Below are positions 13,106 through 25,275 of a DNA stretch of 64,000 bases, in pieces. The position numbers and the translations under genes are program-made. Under the pieces are notes generated by a model. The model saw only the letters and a list, made by a program, of their open reading frames with translations. It had not been told where the DNA came from and ran no database searches. The DNA is from Mobula hypostoma. Lineage: Eukaryota. Every line of letters starts with the position of its first letter. The first letter of the stretch is position 1. The DNA is taken from positions 52,950,001 to 53,014,000 of the forward strand of contig NC_086108.1 in NCBI RefSeq assembly GCF_963921235.1. Direction: 5' to 3'.

Positions 13106-13678
13106 AAGACCATAGGACCATAAGACATAGGAGCAGAATTAGGCCATTCAACCCATTGAGTTTGGTCTGCCACTCTATCATGGCTGATCCCAGATCCCAC
13201 TCAACCCCACATACCTGCATTCTTTCCATATCCTTTAATGCCCTGACTGATCAGGAAATGGTCAACTTTGGCTTTAAATATACCCATGGACTTGGCCTCC
13301 ACCGCAGTCTGTGGCAGAGCATTCTACATTCTCACTACTCTCTGGCTAAGAAAATTCCTCCTTACCTCTGTTCTAAAAGGTTGCCCCTCAGTTTTAAGAC
13401 TGTGCTCTCTAGTCTGGATATCCCCAGCATAGGAATCATCCTCTCCACATCCACCCTATCTAGTCCTTTCAATATTTAGTAGGTTTCAATGAGATCCCCA
13501 CACATTCTTCTAAATTCCTGTGAGTACAGGCCCGAAGCTGCCGAACGCTCCTCATATGCTAACCCCTTCATTCCCAGAATCATCCTCATGAACCTCCTCT
13601 GGAATCTCTCCAATGATAACACATCCTTTCTGAGATACGGGGCTCAAAACTGTTGACAATACTCCAAGTGCAGCCTCT
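13106..13678 (-). mobile_element. CR1 3' end inserted into the Gypsy protease region (CR1-A, 3' piece)
   Basis: Tail taagaccataggaccataagac at 13106; reverse complement of the CR1 ORF2 C-terminus. Confidence 0.9.
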
Positions 13679-14252
13679 CTTACCAAACTTTGCCACAAAA
13701 CTATCTAATCCATTATCCAAATCATTGACAAACAAAGTGAAAAGTCAGTATTAGGACCGCTACTTTTCATATTGTTTGTCAATGTTTTAGATAGTGGAAT
13801 TGATGGCTTTAAGGCAAAGTTTTCTGATGATGCAAAGAAAGGTGGAGGGGTAGGTAGTGCTGAGGAAGCAATGTGATTGCAGCAGGACCTAGACAAATTG
13901 AAAGAATGGGCTCAAAATAGCAGATGGAATACAGTGTTGAGAACTGTATGATAATGCATTTTGGTAAAAGCAACAATAATGCAGACTAGTATTTAATTGG
14001 GGAGAAAGTTCAAACATCAGAGGTACAAAGGATTTAGAAGTCCTCGTGCAAGACTCCCAGAAGGTTAGTTCACAGGTTGAGTCTGTGGTAGGGAAGGCAA
14101 ATGCAATGTTGGCATTTATTTCAAGGGGAATAGAATATTAAAAACAAGGAGATAATACAACAGGAATTCTGCAGATGCTGGAAATTCAAGCAACATACAT
14201 CAAGGTTGCTGGTGAATGCAGCAGGCCAAGCAGCATCTGTAGGAAGAGGTGC

Positions 14253-14288
14253 AGTCGACGTTTCAGGCCGAGACCCTTCGTCAGGACT
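14253..14288 (-). ncRNA. Minimal type I hammerhead ribozyme in the 3' pLTR
   Basis: AGUC-CUGACGA-AGG(gucucgg)CCU-GAAAC-GUC^GACU: full core, helix I agtc/gact, palindromic ACGU helix III. Confidence 0.85.
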
Positions 14289-14579
14289 AACTGAAGGAAG
14301 AGTGAGTAAGGGATTTGAAAGCTGGAGGGGGAGGGGGAGATCCAAAATGATAGGAGAAGACAGGAGGGGGAGGGATAGAGCCAAGAGCTGGACAGGTGAT
14401 AGGCAAAAGGGGATACGAGAGGATCATGGGACAGGAGATCCGGGAAGAAAGACAAGGGGGTGACCCAGAGGATGGGCAAGAGGTATATTCAGAGGGACAG
14501 AGGGAGAAAAAGGAGAGTGAGAGAAAGAATGTGTGCATAAAAATGAGTAACAGATGGGGTACGAGGGGGAGGTGGGGCC

Positions 14580-17500
14580 TTAGCGGAAGTTAGAGAAGTC
14601 GATGTTCATGCCATCAGGTTGGAGGCTACCCAGACGGAATATAAGGTGTTGTTCCTCCAGCCTGAGTGTGGCTTCATCTTTACAGTAGAGGAGGCCGTGG
14701 ATAGACATGTCAGAATGGGAATGGGATGTGGAATTAAAATGTGTGGCCACTGGGAGATCCTGCTTTCTCTGGCGGACAGAGCGTAGATGTTCAGCAAAGC
14801 GGTCTCCAGTCTGCGTCGGGTCTCGCCAATATATAAAAGGCCACATCGGGAGCACCGGACGCAGTACATCACCCCAGTTGACTCACAGGTGAAGTGATGC
14901 CTCACCTGGAAGGACTGTTTGGGGCCCTATTGGTGGTAAGGGAGGAAGTGTAAGGGCATGTGTAGCACTTGTTCCGCTTACACGGATAAGTGCCAGGAGG
15001 GAGATCAGTGGGGAGGGATGGGGGGAACGAATGGACAAGGGAGTTGTGTAGGGAGCGGTCCCTGCGGAATGCAGAGAGGCAGGGGGAGGGAAAGATGTGC
15101 TTAGTGGTGGGATCCCGTTGGAGGTGGCGGAAGTTACGGAGAATAATATGTTGGACCCGGAGGCTGGTGGGGTGGTAGGTGAGGACCAGGGGAACTCTAT
15201 TCCTAGTGGGGTGGTGGGAGGATAGAGTGAGAGCAGATGTACGTGAAATGGGGGAGATGCGTTTAAGAGCAGAGTCGATAGTGGAGGAAGGGAAGCCCCT
15301 TTCTTTAAAAAAGGAAGTCATCTCCCTCGTCCTAGAATGAAAAGCCTCATCCTGAGAGCAGATGCGGCGGAGACGGAGGAATTGCGAGAAGGGGATGGCG
15401 TTTTTGCAAGAGACAGGGTGAGAAGAGGAATAGTCCAGATAGCTGTGAGAGTCAGTAGGCTTATAGTAGACATCAGTGGATAAGCTGTCTCCAGAGACAG
15501 AGACAGAAAGATCTAGAAAGGGGAGGGAGGTGTCAGAAATGGACCAGGTAAACTTGAGGGCAGGGTGAAAGTTGGAGGCAAACTTAATAAAGTCAACGAG
15601 TTCTGCATGCATGCAGGAAGCAGCACCAATGCAGTCGTCGATGTAGCAAAGGAAAAGTGGGGGACAGATACCAGAATAGGCACGGAACATAGATTGTTCC
15701 ACAAAGCCAACAAAAAGACAGGCATAGCTAGGACCCATACGGGTGCCCATAGCTACACCTTTAGTTTGGAGGAAGTGGGAGGAGCCAAAGGAGAAATTAT
15801 TAAGAGTAAGGACTAATTCCTCTAGATGGAGCAGAGTGGTGGTAGAGGGGAACTGATTAGGTCTGGAATCCAAAAAGAAGCGTAGAGCTTTGAGACCTTC
15901 CTGATGGGGGATGGAAGTATATAAGGACTGGACATCCATGGTGAAAATAAAGCGGTGGGGGCCAGGGAACTTAAAATCATCGAAAAGTTTAAGAGCGTGA
16001 GAAGTGTCACGAACATAGGTCGGAAGGGATTGAACAAGGGGGGATAAAACCGTGTCGAGGTATGCAGAAATGAGCTCGGTGGGGCAGGAGCAAGCTGAGA
16101 CAATAGGTCGGCCAGGACAGGCAGGTTTGTGGATCTTGGGTAGGAGGTAGAAACGGGAAGTGCGGGGTGTGGGAACTATAAGATTGGTAGCAGTGGATGG
16201 GAGATCCCCTGAGCGGATAAAGTCGTTGATAGTGTGGGAGACAATGGCCTGGTGCTCCTTACTGGGGTCACGATCGAGGGGTAAATAAGAGGAGGTATCC
16301 GCGAGTTGTCGCTGTGCCTCAGCAAGGTAGAGGTCAGTACGCCAGACTACAACAGCATCCCCCTTATCGGCGGGTTTAATAATAAGGTTAGGATTAGTGC
16401 GGAGGGAGTGGAGAGCAGAGCGTTCCGAAGGAGTGAGGTTGGAATGGGGACAAGGTGCGGTGAAGTCGAGACAGTTGATGTCCCGTCGGCAGTTGGCAAT
16501 AAAGAGATCCAGAGCAGGCAGAAGACCAGAGCGGGGTGTCCATGAAGAAGAGGAGGGTTGAAGACGGGAGAAGGGGTCATCGGTGGGGGTGGAAGAGTCC
16601 TTGCAGAAGAAGTAGGCTCGGAGACGGAGACGGCGGAAGAAAAGTTCCGCATCATGGCAAACACGGAACTCGCTGAGGTGTGGGCGAAGGGGGACAAAGG
16701 TGAGGACCTTACTGAGGACAGAGCGTTCTGCCTCCGACAGTTGAAGGTCGGAGGGGATGGTAAAGACCCGGCACGGATGAGAGCTGGGATCAGAGGGGGG
16801 AGGGGGGAGGCTGGGGGTGTCAGTGGAGAGGGGAGGGTTGGGGTGAGAGGAAGATGGAGCCTCTGAGGGCCCAGGAGCTGACGGTGGGATCTGAGGGAGA
16901 CAGGATTGCAGAGTGTTGGTGGGGGAAGGGGAGACGGGAGTCACAACAGCAGCACATAAAGACCCGGCCTGGAGTTCAAGGCTGGAGTCGCAGTTGGTGG
17001 TTGCACAATCGCTTTGAAGGTGTCCATGGTCGGTGCTGGAGTCGGGGTTTTGAATATGTCCTGAGGTGTTGGAGCCGCCGAGATCAATGGCAGAGGCAAA
17101 CTGAAGTTCATGCCTGCTAGCGTCGGGGCCGGCAGGCTCTGGAGTCCGTAGATGTAGGATCTTGCGATCTTTGCCTAATATGACAAAGTCAAAAAAACGG
17201 CGATTGCAGGTGTGAATCCGACGGAGGATGAAATAACGGGTAAGACTATTACAGAAGGCGAAGAAAGTGTCCCGAAGGTGTGGAAGGGTCTAGGATAGGG
17301 ACACCAAGTACCTCCTCATGGCGGAGAGCGTCGTCTTCAGAGCTTGACGGGAGAAGCGGCGAGAGACAGAGTCAATAAAATGTGAATACCTGGGATCCTC
17401 AGAAGGTCCAAATTGAGAGGCTTGGAAACAAATCCTAAAGCCAATTGGAGTAAGTTGGCGACGGAGGCACGTTCCAAGAAAGGATATATGGCTGTGATAG

Positions 17501-17625
17501 CGAGTCTGAGTCAAAGTGTGGTCGAAAAGTTGAAGAGCCGAAGAAATTACAGATGGGGAGCAGTGAGAGATGGTTTCACTGAACTCCCGTTGAAGAGACG
17601 ATCTAAACTTCTTCGGTGTAGGCAT
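14580..17625 (-). pseudogene. PLE polyprotein (~1015 aa ancestral): N-terminal domain, RT, Cys-rich linker, GIY-YIG endonuclease
   Basis: ATG at 17625 (MPTPKKF); after a single TAG at 17292-17290 the same frame stays open (translated by hand) into ORF 16944-14902 with KPADKG, YLLPKIHK, GRPIVS, GVAMGTRMGP, YIDD and CKRNKCYTC; small frameshifts near 14928 and 14807; VMYC...LYIGET...EH...H endonuclease motifs. Confidence 0.92.
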
Positions 17626-17759
17626 CACCGGAAGAGGCTTCGCAGTAGTGAATTTAAACGCAAACAACAGGAATTCTGCAGATGCTGGAAATTCAAGCAA
17701 CATACATCAAAGTTGCTGGTGAACGCAGCAGGCCAGGCAGCATCTGTAGGAAGAGGTGC

Positions 17760-17795
17760 AGTCGACGTTTCAGGCAGAGACCCTTCGTCAGGACT
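17760..17795 (-). ncRNA. Minimal type I hammerhead ribozyme in the 5' pLTR
   Basis: Same motif as 14253-14288 with one substitution in the stem II loop. Confidence 0.85.
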
Positions 17796-19082
17796 AACTG
17801 AAGGAAGAGTGAGTAAGGGATTTGAAAGCTGGAGGGGGAGGGGGAGATCCAAAATGATAGGAGAAGACAGGAGGGGGAGGGATAGAGCCGAGAGCCGGAC
17901 AGGTGATAGGCAAAAGGGGATACGAGAGGATCATGGGACAGGAGGTCCGGGAAGAAAGACAGGGGGGGGGTGACCCAGAGGATGGGCAAGAGGTATATTC
18001 AGAGGGACAGAGGGAGAAAAAGGAGAGTGAGAGAAAGAATGTGTGCATAAAAATGAGTAACAGATGGGGTACGAGGGGGAGGTGGGGCCTTAGAGGAAGT
18101 TAGAGAAGTCGATGTTCATGCCATCAGGTTGGAGGCTACCCAGACGGAATATAAGGTGTTGTTCCTCCAACCTGAGTGTGGCTTCATCTTTACAGTAGAG
18201 GAGGCCGTGGATAGACATGTCAGAATGGGAATGGGATGTGGAATTAAAATGTGTGGCCACTGGGAGATCGTGCTTTCTCTGGCGGACAGAGCGTAGATGT
18301 TCAGCAAAGCTGTCTCCCAGTCTGCGTCGGGTCTCGCCAATATATAAAAGGCCACATCAGGAGCACCGGACGCAGTATATCACCCCAGTCGACTCACAGG
18401 TGAAGTGATGCCTCACCTGGAAGGACTGTTTGGGGCCCTGAATGGTGGTAAGGGAGGAAGTGTAAGGGCATGTGTAGCACTTGTTCCGCTTACACGGATA
18501 AGTGCCAGGAGGGAGATAATACTGAAGCTTTATAAGATATTAGTCAGGCTGCACTTGGAGTATTGTGAACAGTTTTGGGCCCCTTATCTCAGAAAAGATG
18601 CATTGTCATTGGAGAGAGACCAGAGAAGGTTCATGAGGATGATTCTGGGAAACGGGATTAACAGATGAGGAGCATTTGGCAGTTTCAAGCCTGTACTCTC
18701 TGGAATTTAGAAGAATGGAGGGAGATCTCATTGTAACCTACTGAATGTTGAAAGGACTAAATAAGGTGGATGTAGAGAGGATGTTTCCTCAGGTGGGGAT
18801 ATCCAGAACTAGAGGGCACACCCCTAAGATTGAGGGGCGACATTTCACCAAAGTGTGTTGAATCTGTTGAAAGCTCTGCCATAGACTGCAGTGGAGGCCA
18901 AGTCTGTGTATATATTCAAGCAGAAGTTGATAGATTCTTGACTGGTCAGGGCATCAAGGGATATGGTGAGAGGGCAGGTGTATGGAGATGAATGGGATCC
19001 AGGATTAGCCATAATGAAATGACAGAGGATACACGATGGGCTGAATGACCTAATTCTGCTCCTATATCTTATGGTCTTATTG

Positions 19083-20070
19083 TCTAAGTGGTGGAGCACA
19101 GTAGACAGGTTTGGCAAGAATCTGTAACAATAATTGATAAGTCCTAAAAAGGACTCCAACTGTGACACTTGGGGCATCCATCACTACTTGAGGTTTCCCA
19201 GCATGCTTGTGTGAGTCTTGTGCGTCAATGATATGACTACAGTAAATGATGCTTGGTTTAAAGAATTCACACTTGTCGTGTCATGCTCTGAGCCCATAAT
19301 CTCTTATCTTTTTAACACTGGCTTGATGTTCTGGAAATGTCCATCCCCACCAGTAACAATGATGTCATCCAGGTAACACTGAGTGCCCGGGCAGCCCTGC
19401 AGCTTCTGGTCCATAGTTTTCTAGCAGAGTGCAGGTGTAGATGCTACTCCAAAAATAGGTCTATTATAGTGATAAAGCACTTTGTGAGTGTTTATGATGA
19501 GAAACACTTTGGACTCTGATTCCATCTCCATCTGTAGGTAAGCTTCAGCTAAGTCCGCTTTACTGAGGTGTTACCCTCCAGAAAGGTTTACAAAGATATC
19601 CTCTATCCTGGGCAGAGGTATTGATCTACTTTCAGTACTTGGTTGATGGTGACCTTCAAATCACCACTGATCCTGACAGACCCATTCTTTATGGCTATTG
19701 GGAGCACTGGCATTGCCCATGGCTCCACTCAACCTTGGAAAGGATTTGTTCAGCCTCCATGCAATCTAGCTCACTGGCTACATTATCACAGAGAGTATAT
19801 GGAACCGGATGGGCTTTGTGAAACATGGGTGTGGGATTTTCATTTAACACTATTTTACCCTTGACATGTTTGAGTTTTCCAGTGCTATCACTGAACACTG
19901 CTGAGGCATCACCCAGTATCTTTCTTAATTTGCTTTCAGTTAACACGATTGCAGGGGATCTGGCATGCAAGTGGTGGATGGCTCTCCAATCAAGTTGAAG
20001 TTATGTCAGCCAATCAAAACACCATAATCTTGGCCCTCCTGTTCTTACCACACGTAAGTCTAATGTAGCT
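19083..20070 (-). pseudogene. Gypsy pol RT segment, inverted relative to the rest of the element
   Basis: ORF 19695-19970 (KGKIVLNENPTPMFHKAHPVPY) and 18845-19177 (QLESFLGLINYCYRFLPNLSTVL) lie on the minus strand. Confidence 0.85.
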
Positions 20071-20092
20071 TTGAGACTAATGATAAAATACT

Positions 20093-20572
20093 GTAATTTA
20101 AAGTCAGCTTGGTTTCTGTAAAGGAAATCTTGCCTGACAAATTAGTTAGAGTTCTTCGAGGAAGTAACAAGCAGGGTGGACAAAGGAGAGGTAGTGGATG
20201 TCATTTACTTGGACTTTCAGGAGGCATTTGATAAGGTGACACTCATGAGGCTGCTTAACAAGATAAAATCCTCTGTTTCAGAAAAGATACTGGTACGGAT
20301 AAAAGAATGGTTGACAAGCAGGAGGCAGCAAGTGGGAATAAAAAGGGTCTTTTGTGGTTGGCTGCCAGTTACTAGTGGTGTTCCTCAGGGGTCAGGATTG
20401 GGACCACTACTTTTCACATTGTTTGTCAATGATTTGGATAATGGATTTGATGGTTTTGTGGCAAAGTTTGTGGATGATATAAAGATTGGTGGAGGGGTAG
20501 GTAGTGCTGAGGAAGCAATGCGGTTGCAGCAAGACTTAGACAAATTGGAAGAATGGACAAAAAAAGTGGCAG
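20093..20572 (+). mobile_element. CR1 RT fragment (probable 5' piece of CR1-A)
   Basis: ORF 20176-20640 VDVIYLDFQEAFDKV...SGVPQGSGLGPLLF...KFVDD. Confidence 0.88.
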
Positions 20573-21540
20573 GTGGTAAGAGAGGGATCCATCACCTCTG
20601 CCCCTCCGAGCTTCAGGTGCCCCTCAGGGCTGTGTCCTAAGCCCCCTCCTTTACTCTCTGTATACCCATGACTATGTTGCCACCCACAGCTCCAATCTGC
20701 TAATTAAATTTGCTGACGACACTACATTAATTGGCCTTATCTCAAATAATAATGAGACAGCCTACAGAGAAGAAGTTATCACCCTGACCCAGTGGTGTCA
20801 AGAAAACAACCTCTCCCTCAATGTCGCAAAAACAAAAGAGCTGGTTGAGGACTATAGGAGGAATGGAGACAGGCTCACCCCTATGGACATCAATGGACCT
20901 GGGGTTGAGAGGGTGAACAGCTTTATGCTCCTCAGCATCCACATCACCAAGGATCTCACGTGGTCTGTACATAGTGGCTGTGTAGTGAAAAAGGCACAAC
21001 TGCGCCTCTTTCATCTCAGACGTTTGAGGAAGTTTGGTATGGGCCCTCAAATCCCAAGAACTTTCTACAGGGGCACAACTGAGAGCATCCTGACTGGCTG
21101 CATCACCACCTGGTATGGGAACTTTACTTCCCTCAATTGAAGGATTCTACAGAGAGTGGTGCGGACGGCCCAGCGCATCTGTAGATGTGAATTTCCCACT
21201 GTTCAGGACATTTGCGAAGATAAGTGTGTAAAAAGGGCCTGAAGGATCATTGGGGACCTGAGTCACCCCAACCACAAACTGTTCCAGCTGTTACCATCAG
21301 GGAAATGGTACCACAGCATAAAAGCCAGGACAACAGGCTCCAGGACAGCTTCTTCCACCAGGCTATCAGACTGATTAATTCACGAGGATACAACTGTTAT
21401 ATTGACTGTCCTGTTGTACATACTATTTATTACAAATTACTATAATTCGCACATTGCACATTTAGATGGAGACGTAACGTAAAGATTTTTACTGTGCATG
21501 TATATGAAGGATGTAAGTAATCAAGTTAATTCAATTCAAT
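20573..21540 (+). mobile_element. Rex1/Babar LINE 3' part
   Basis: GAPQGCV...KFADD; ORF 20883-21140 KKAQLRLFHLRRLRKFG; tail (aattc)n at ~21528-21540; same family as 58575-60030. Confidence 0.88.
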
Positions 21541-23459
21541 TTATTATGATCCACATTGTCTAGTGAAGCTGCCTGTGATGCCTCACCTTATGGTATTGGT
21601 GCAGTCAGATCACGTTATGAGTGATGGAAATGAACACCTCATAGCCTTTGCATCACGTTCCCTTACCGCTGCAGAGAAAAATTTTGCACAGATTGACAGA
21701 GAAGGCTTGAGTCTGGTTTGGGGTGTAAAACTTTCATACATCTGTATGAGAGAGAGTTTGCCTTCATTACTGATCATCAACTATTGGCGTCAGTTTTCAA
21801 TCCTCAGAAGGGTGTTCCTTTGACAGCAGCAGTGTGAATGTAGAGATGGGCTCTGTTTCGTGACGGTCACAATTACAAGATCGAATTCAAAAGGACAACT
21901 AATCATGGAAATGCTGATGGATTGTCCCATTTATTTTTGGAAAAGGAAATACCTGAAAAATTTACAAAAGAGGACACTCCTTGTAATGTATTCTCCCTAA
22001 AACAAATTGAAAGTCTCCTTTTTAAGGTAGAGATGATCCAAAGGGAAACCAGAAAGACCCACACTGTCTCAGGTCTGCATTACAACCAAAAATGACTGGA
22101 ATGTGCACCAGAAATTTCAGTCCCTCCATTTTTACCAGTGCTGGGGTGAGCTTGCCCTTCATGGGGGTTTCCATCTGTGGGGATTGAGAGTTGTTGTACC
22201 ATCCAAGCTGAGAGCTGAAGTGTTGGAGGAGCTACATGGCACTCAACTAGGTATGGTCAAAGTGAAAGTGTTGGCTCAAAGCCTTGTCTGATAGTTTAGG
22301 ATAGATCAGCAGATCGATCAGCTTACCATGCACTGTTCGCAATGCCAACATGTCCAGAAAATGCCAAGAGCAGCACATCTCCATTGCTGGGAATAACCTG
22401 CATTTCCCTGTCAGAGGATTTATGCGTATTTTGCCAGATCATTCATGGGCACAAATGTCTTGGTATCTTGGATACAGCTACAAAGTGGTCAGAAGTGTTC
22501 CCAATAGCCTTCACTACAGCCGTGCACACTGTTGATGTTTTGAGAAGCCTCTTCTCAAGGACTGGTGTTTCAGAACACTCAGTCAGTGACAGTGGACCAC
22601 AGTTTGGAGCAGAAGTTTACGTTATTCCTGAAAATGAATATAATAAGGCATATTATATCTGCACCACACCACCTAGCTACGAATAGCTTGGTGGAATGGT
22701 TTGCCCAGAATCTAAAGAAAACACTGTGAGCAATATTAGCATAACACAATACTTTGAATCAGAAGCTCACTAATTTCCTCTGCATATTCCAAAGCACCCT
22801 ACTCCACAACTCACTAACTATGCTATTCTTGGGTCATCCCTTGTGCTTATGTTTGGATCTTCTCAAACCTTATCTCTGAAGGACTATGCAGGACACAGCT
22901 GAGACAAAGTGAAGGCTCCTCGAGCAAGGAGGTTTGATGTTTCACTCCTTGACATGTAGTCCTGGTGAGGGAGTACAAAGTGGGTACTTGGAAAGATTAA
23001 GGATAGAAAAGGACTGCTCCTCTACATAGTGAAGATTGTGTCTGATGCCATCTGGAGATGACACATCAATCAGCTGAGGAGAGCAGAGTCAATTGTTAGA
23101 GAAGAAAGGTGTCCACAGCTGTCAAAACCACTTCCTGCAGTCTCAGAGTCAACTCCTGCAACCACCACAAAGGAGGCCCCAGAACCTGAGATTGTTTCAC
23201 AGCCACAAGTCTCACCTGCCAAGTAGAATGACCCCACCCTCTTCCCCCTTACCCTTATCCCACAAGAGTAAGAAATGCTCTACAGTGATTAAATCTTTTG
23301 GCTTTAATGAGACTATTTAAAATATATGATGTTGTGGATGTCAACATAGTAGTTGTATTATATAACATACTGTATGCTTATAAGATGACTAGTGAGCATT
23401 ACTTTACATATTTGAGTTGAGATGCATTCTATATTGAGTTGGAGTTTATTGCTAAGCAG

Positions 23460-23688
23460 TGTAGTGTATACGATATTTCAGTAATGTTTGAGTAATACTG
23501 TAAATAATATTGTTTGATTAAGCATTCTTTGTTTAAATAATTAATTACAGGTTATATGTTAGAGATGTGTGAATGCTGTTACGCCACCACGTCATTGTGA
23601 GAGCCTCACTAAAGAGCAGCTACGTAGACAAGTTCTCTTGGGCTCCTGAGCTTTTCTTTCAATTAATTTCTATAGTTACAAAACATCA
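23460..23688 (+). repeat. Gypsy 3' LTR
   Basis: TG...CA ends; diverged copy of 11527-11766; polypurine tract appears eroded. Confidence 0.8.
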
Positions 23689-23919
23689 GAAAATTGGGGG
23701 AAAGAAGTTGAAAAGCAGCATTGCAGAGAGAGGTTATAATATGAAATTCTGTATGGCTTACTTTGCCCATGAGGCTGATTACAGTTCATACGTTATTAAA
23801 AACTTTCATAGTAAATCAAAACAGGTTGATTTTGAGGATTTTTATTTTTTTCTTAGTCGATGTTTATCTGATTGCCTGGAGCATGGTAGTTTTCTATACC
23901 ATGCAGGGACAGAACTGAA

Positions 23920-24845
23920 GTAAAATAGAAAATGCCGGAATACTCAATGGGTAAGTTAGCACCTGCTTAGAGAGAAAAACGATGTTACCTTTTTGGGACA
24001 ATGTGAAGAAAGGTTAGAAATTGGGCATATTTTAAGTTGCAGGCAAAGGTGGAGAGAATGCTGAAATGCCCCTGATAGGTTGCAGACAAGAGAATGATGC
24101 AAATAGTGGTACCACTGTCTGATGGCAGGTTGTGAAGGCTTGTTATTTGTAGCTGAATTCTCTGGAGAGCATGTCAATGGAAGGACATGAGTGATGTCAG
24201 AGGGGAGAGAAATAATATGCTAAAACTGTGAAGTAGGAAACACTCCAGTTGCTGAAAATATGAAGTAAAGGAGAATAATGGAAACATCCAGCAGTTAGGC
24301 CACATCTGAGGAAAGATTAAAACAGAATTAATGTTAAAGGCGGATGACCTTTCAATGGAATTGCCCACTCCTGATACCAACTGTGAAGACTACTATCTGA
24401 AATAGTTGAATTCAGTTTTGAATGCTGAAGGTTATTAACGCTTTGTAGTTTGGGGTGTTCCAGCTGCAAGTATTGTACTTTGTGGTAAATGAATGCAACT
24501 GCAAGCAGATGAGATGAGGTAATTTTCTTTGAGCATCCATTGGACTTCATTTGTAGTGTAATGTGCAAAAGGTAGAGAGGTCAAAGTGGGTTCTAAGTTA
24601 TCCTTACAGACTGAACGGAGGTGTCTCGTAAAGGTATCAGAAATGCTGCATTTTCTCCAATGTGTATGAAACTACAGTAAATCACTGCTTCTTCTAGCAG
24701 CAAAATTTGGGTCACTGGATGGTGGGAAGAGAAGAGGAATATAGCAAGGGGAATGGCTGTTGGTGGAAATGGGAAAATTGGCAGAAGGAATAGTCTCTTA
24801 AGAATGCTGAAAAGAAAAAGGGAGGGTTGATATGACTGGTGATGA
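23920..24845 (-). mobile_element. Ancient PLE remnant(s)
   Basis: Faint similarity to pLTR and GIY-YIG regions (aaatgccggaatactca, ccagttgctgaaaat, tgttggtggaaatgggaaaattggcagaagga). Confidence 0.45.
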
Positions 24846-25275
24846 CATCACAAATTGAACATACGACACTACAGCTCAGTGCAGGCCCTTTGCCCATGAC
24901 GTTGCGCCAACCTTTTAACCTACTCTAAGATCAATCTAACCCTTTCCTCCTCTGTCACCCTTTTTTCTATCATCCATGTGCCTATTTAAGAGACTCTTAG
25001 AAGCCCCTAATATATCTGCCTCTGGTAGAGCATTCCATGCACTCTCTACTCTGTGGTAAAAAACTTACTTCTGATGTCCTCCCTGTACTTTCCTCCAATC
25101 ACCTTAAAATTGTGCCCCCTAGTATTAGCCATTTCCACCCTGGGAAAAAGTCACTAACTAAACATTCACTCTATGCCTCTTATCTTCTTAGTATATGGCT
25201 CTTTCAAACCATCCTCTCATCTTCCTCTAATCCAAAAGAAAAAAGCCTTAGCTTGCTCATTCTATATTCATAAGG

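Larger units (their letters stand above)
14159..18511 (-). mobile_element. Near full-length Penelope-like element (Neptune type) with direct pseudo-LTRs
   Basis: RT plus GIY-YIG ORF; ~850 bp direct repeats 14157-15005 and 17664-18517; 11-bp duplication ggagataatac at 14148-14158 and 18512-18522. Confidence 0.95.
13746..19082 (+). mobile_element. CR1 (CR1-B), pieces 13746-14158 and 18512-19082, split by a PLE
   Basis: RT sequence is continuous across the PLE (aacaaggagataatac|tgaagctttataag); tail tcttatggtcttatt at ~19067-19082. Confidence 0.9.
11527..23688 (+). mobile_element. Decayed Ty3/Gypsy LTR retrotransposon, disrupted by insertions and an inversion
   Basis: Two related LTRs; PBS-like tggtgatgaaga after the 5' LTR; Gag from ATG 12025 with Zn knuckles (ETCRKCNDVGHIQR); protease MELDTGS at 12931; RT on the minus strand 19083-20070; RNase H and integrase 21541-22900 (LIAFASRSLTAAEKNFAQID, SDSGPQF). 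Confidence 0.85.

Noticed and set aside
14902..16944. 680-aa RT as host telomerase or a domesticated gene
   Set aside because: Lies within a TSD-flanked PLE with a GIY-YIG domain, a stop and frameshifts, and has sibling copies in the window.
17413..17973. 186-aa plus-strand ORF and repeated LVNAAGQAAS...GRDPSSG ORFs (also 14206, 30206, 33081)
   Set aside because: Antisense translations of the pLTR and hammerhead; they recur only because the repeat recurs, have variable ends and use non-ATG starts.
23573..23923. 116-aa ATG ORF
   Set aside because: Begins inside the Gypsy 3' LTR and runs into flanking DNA; no recognisable motif.
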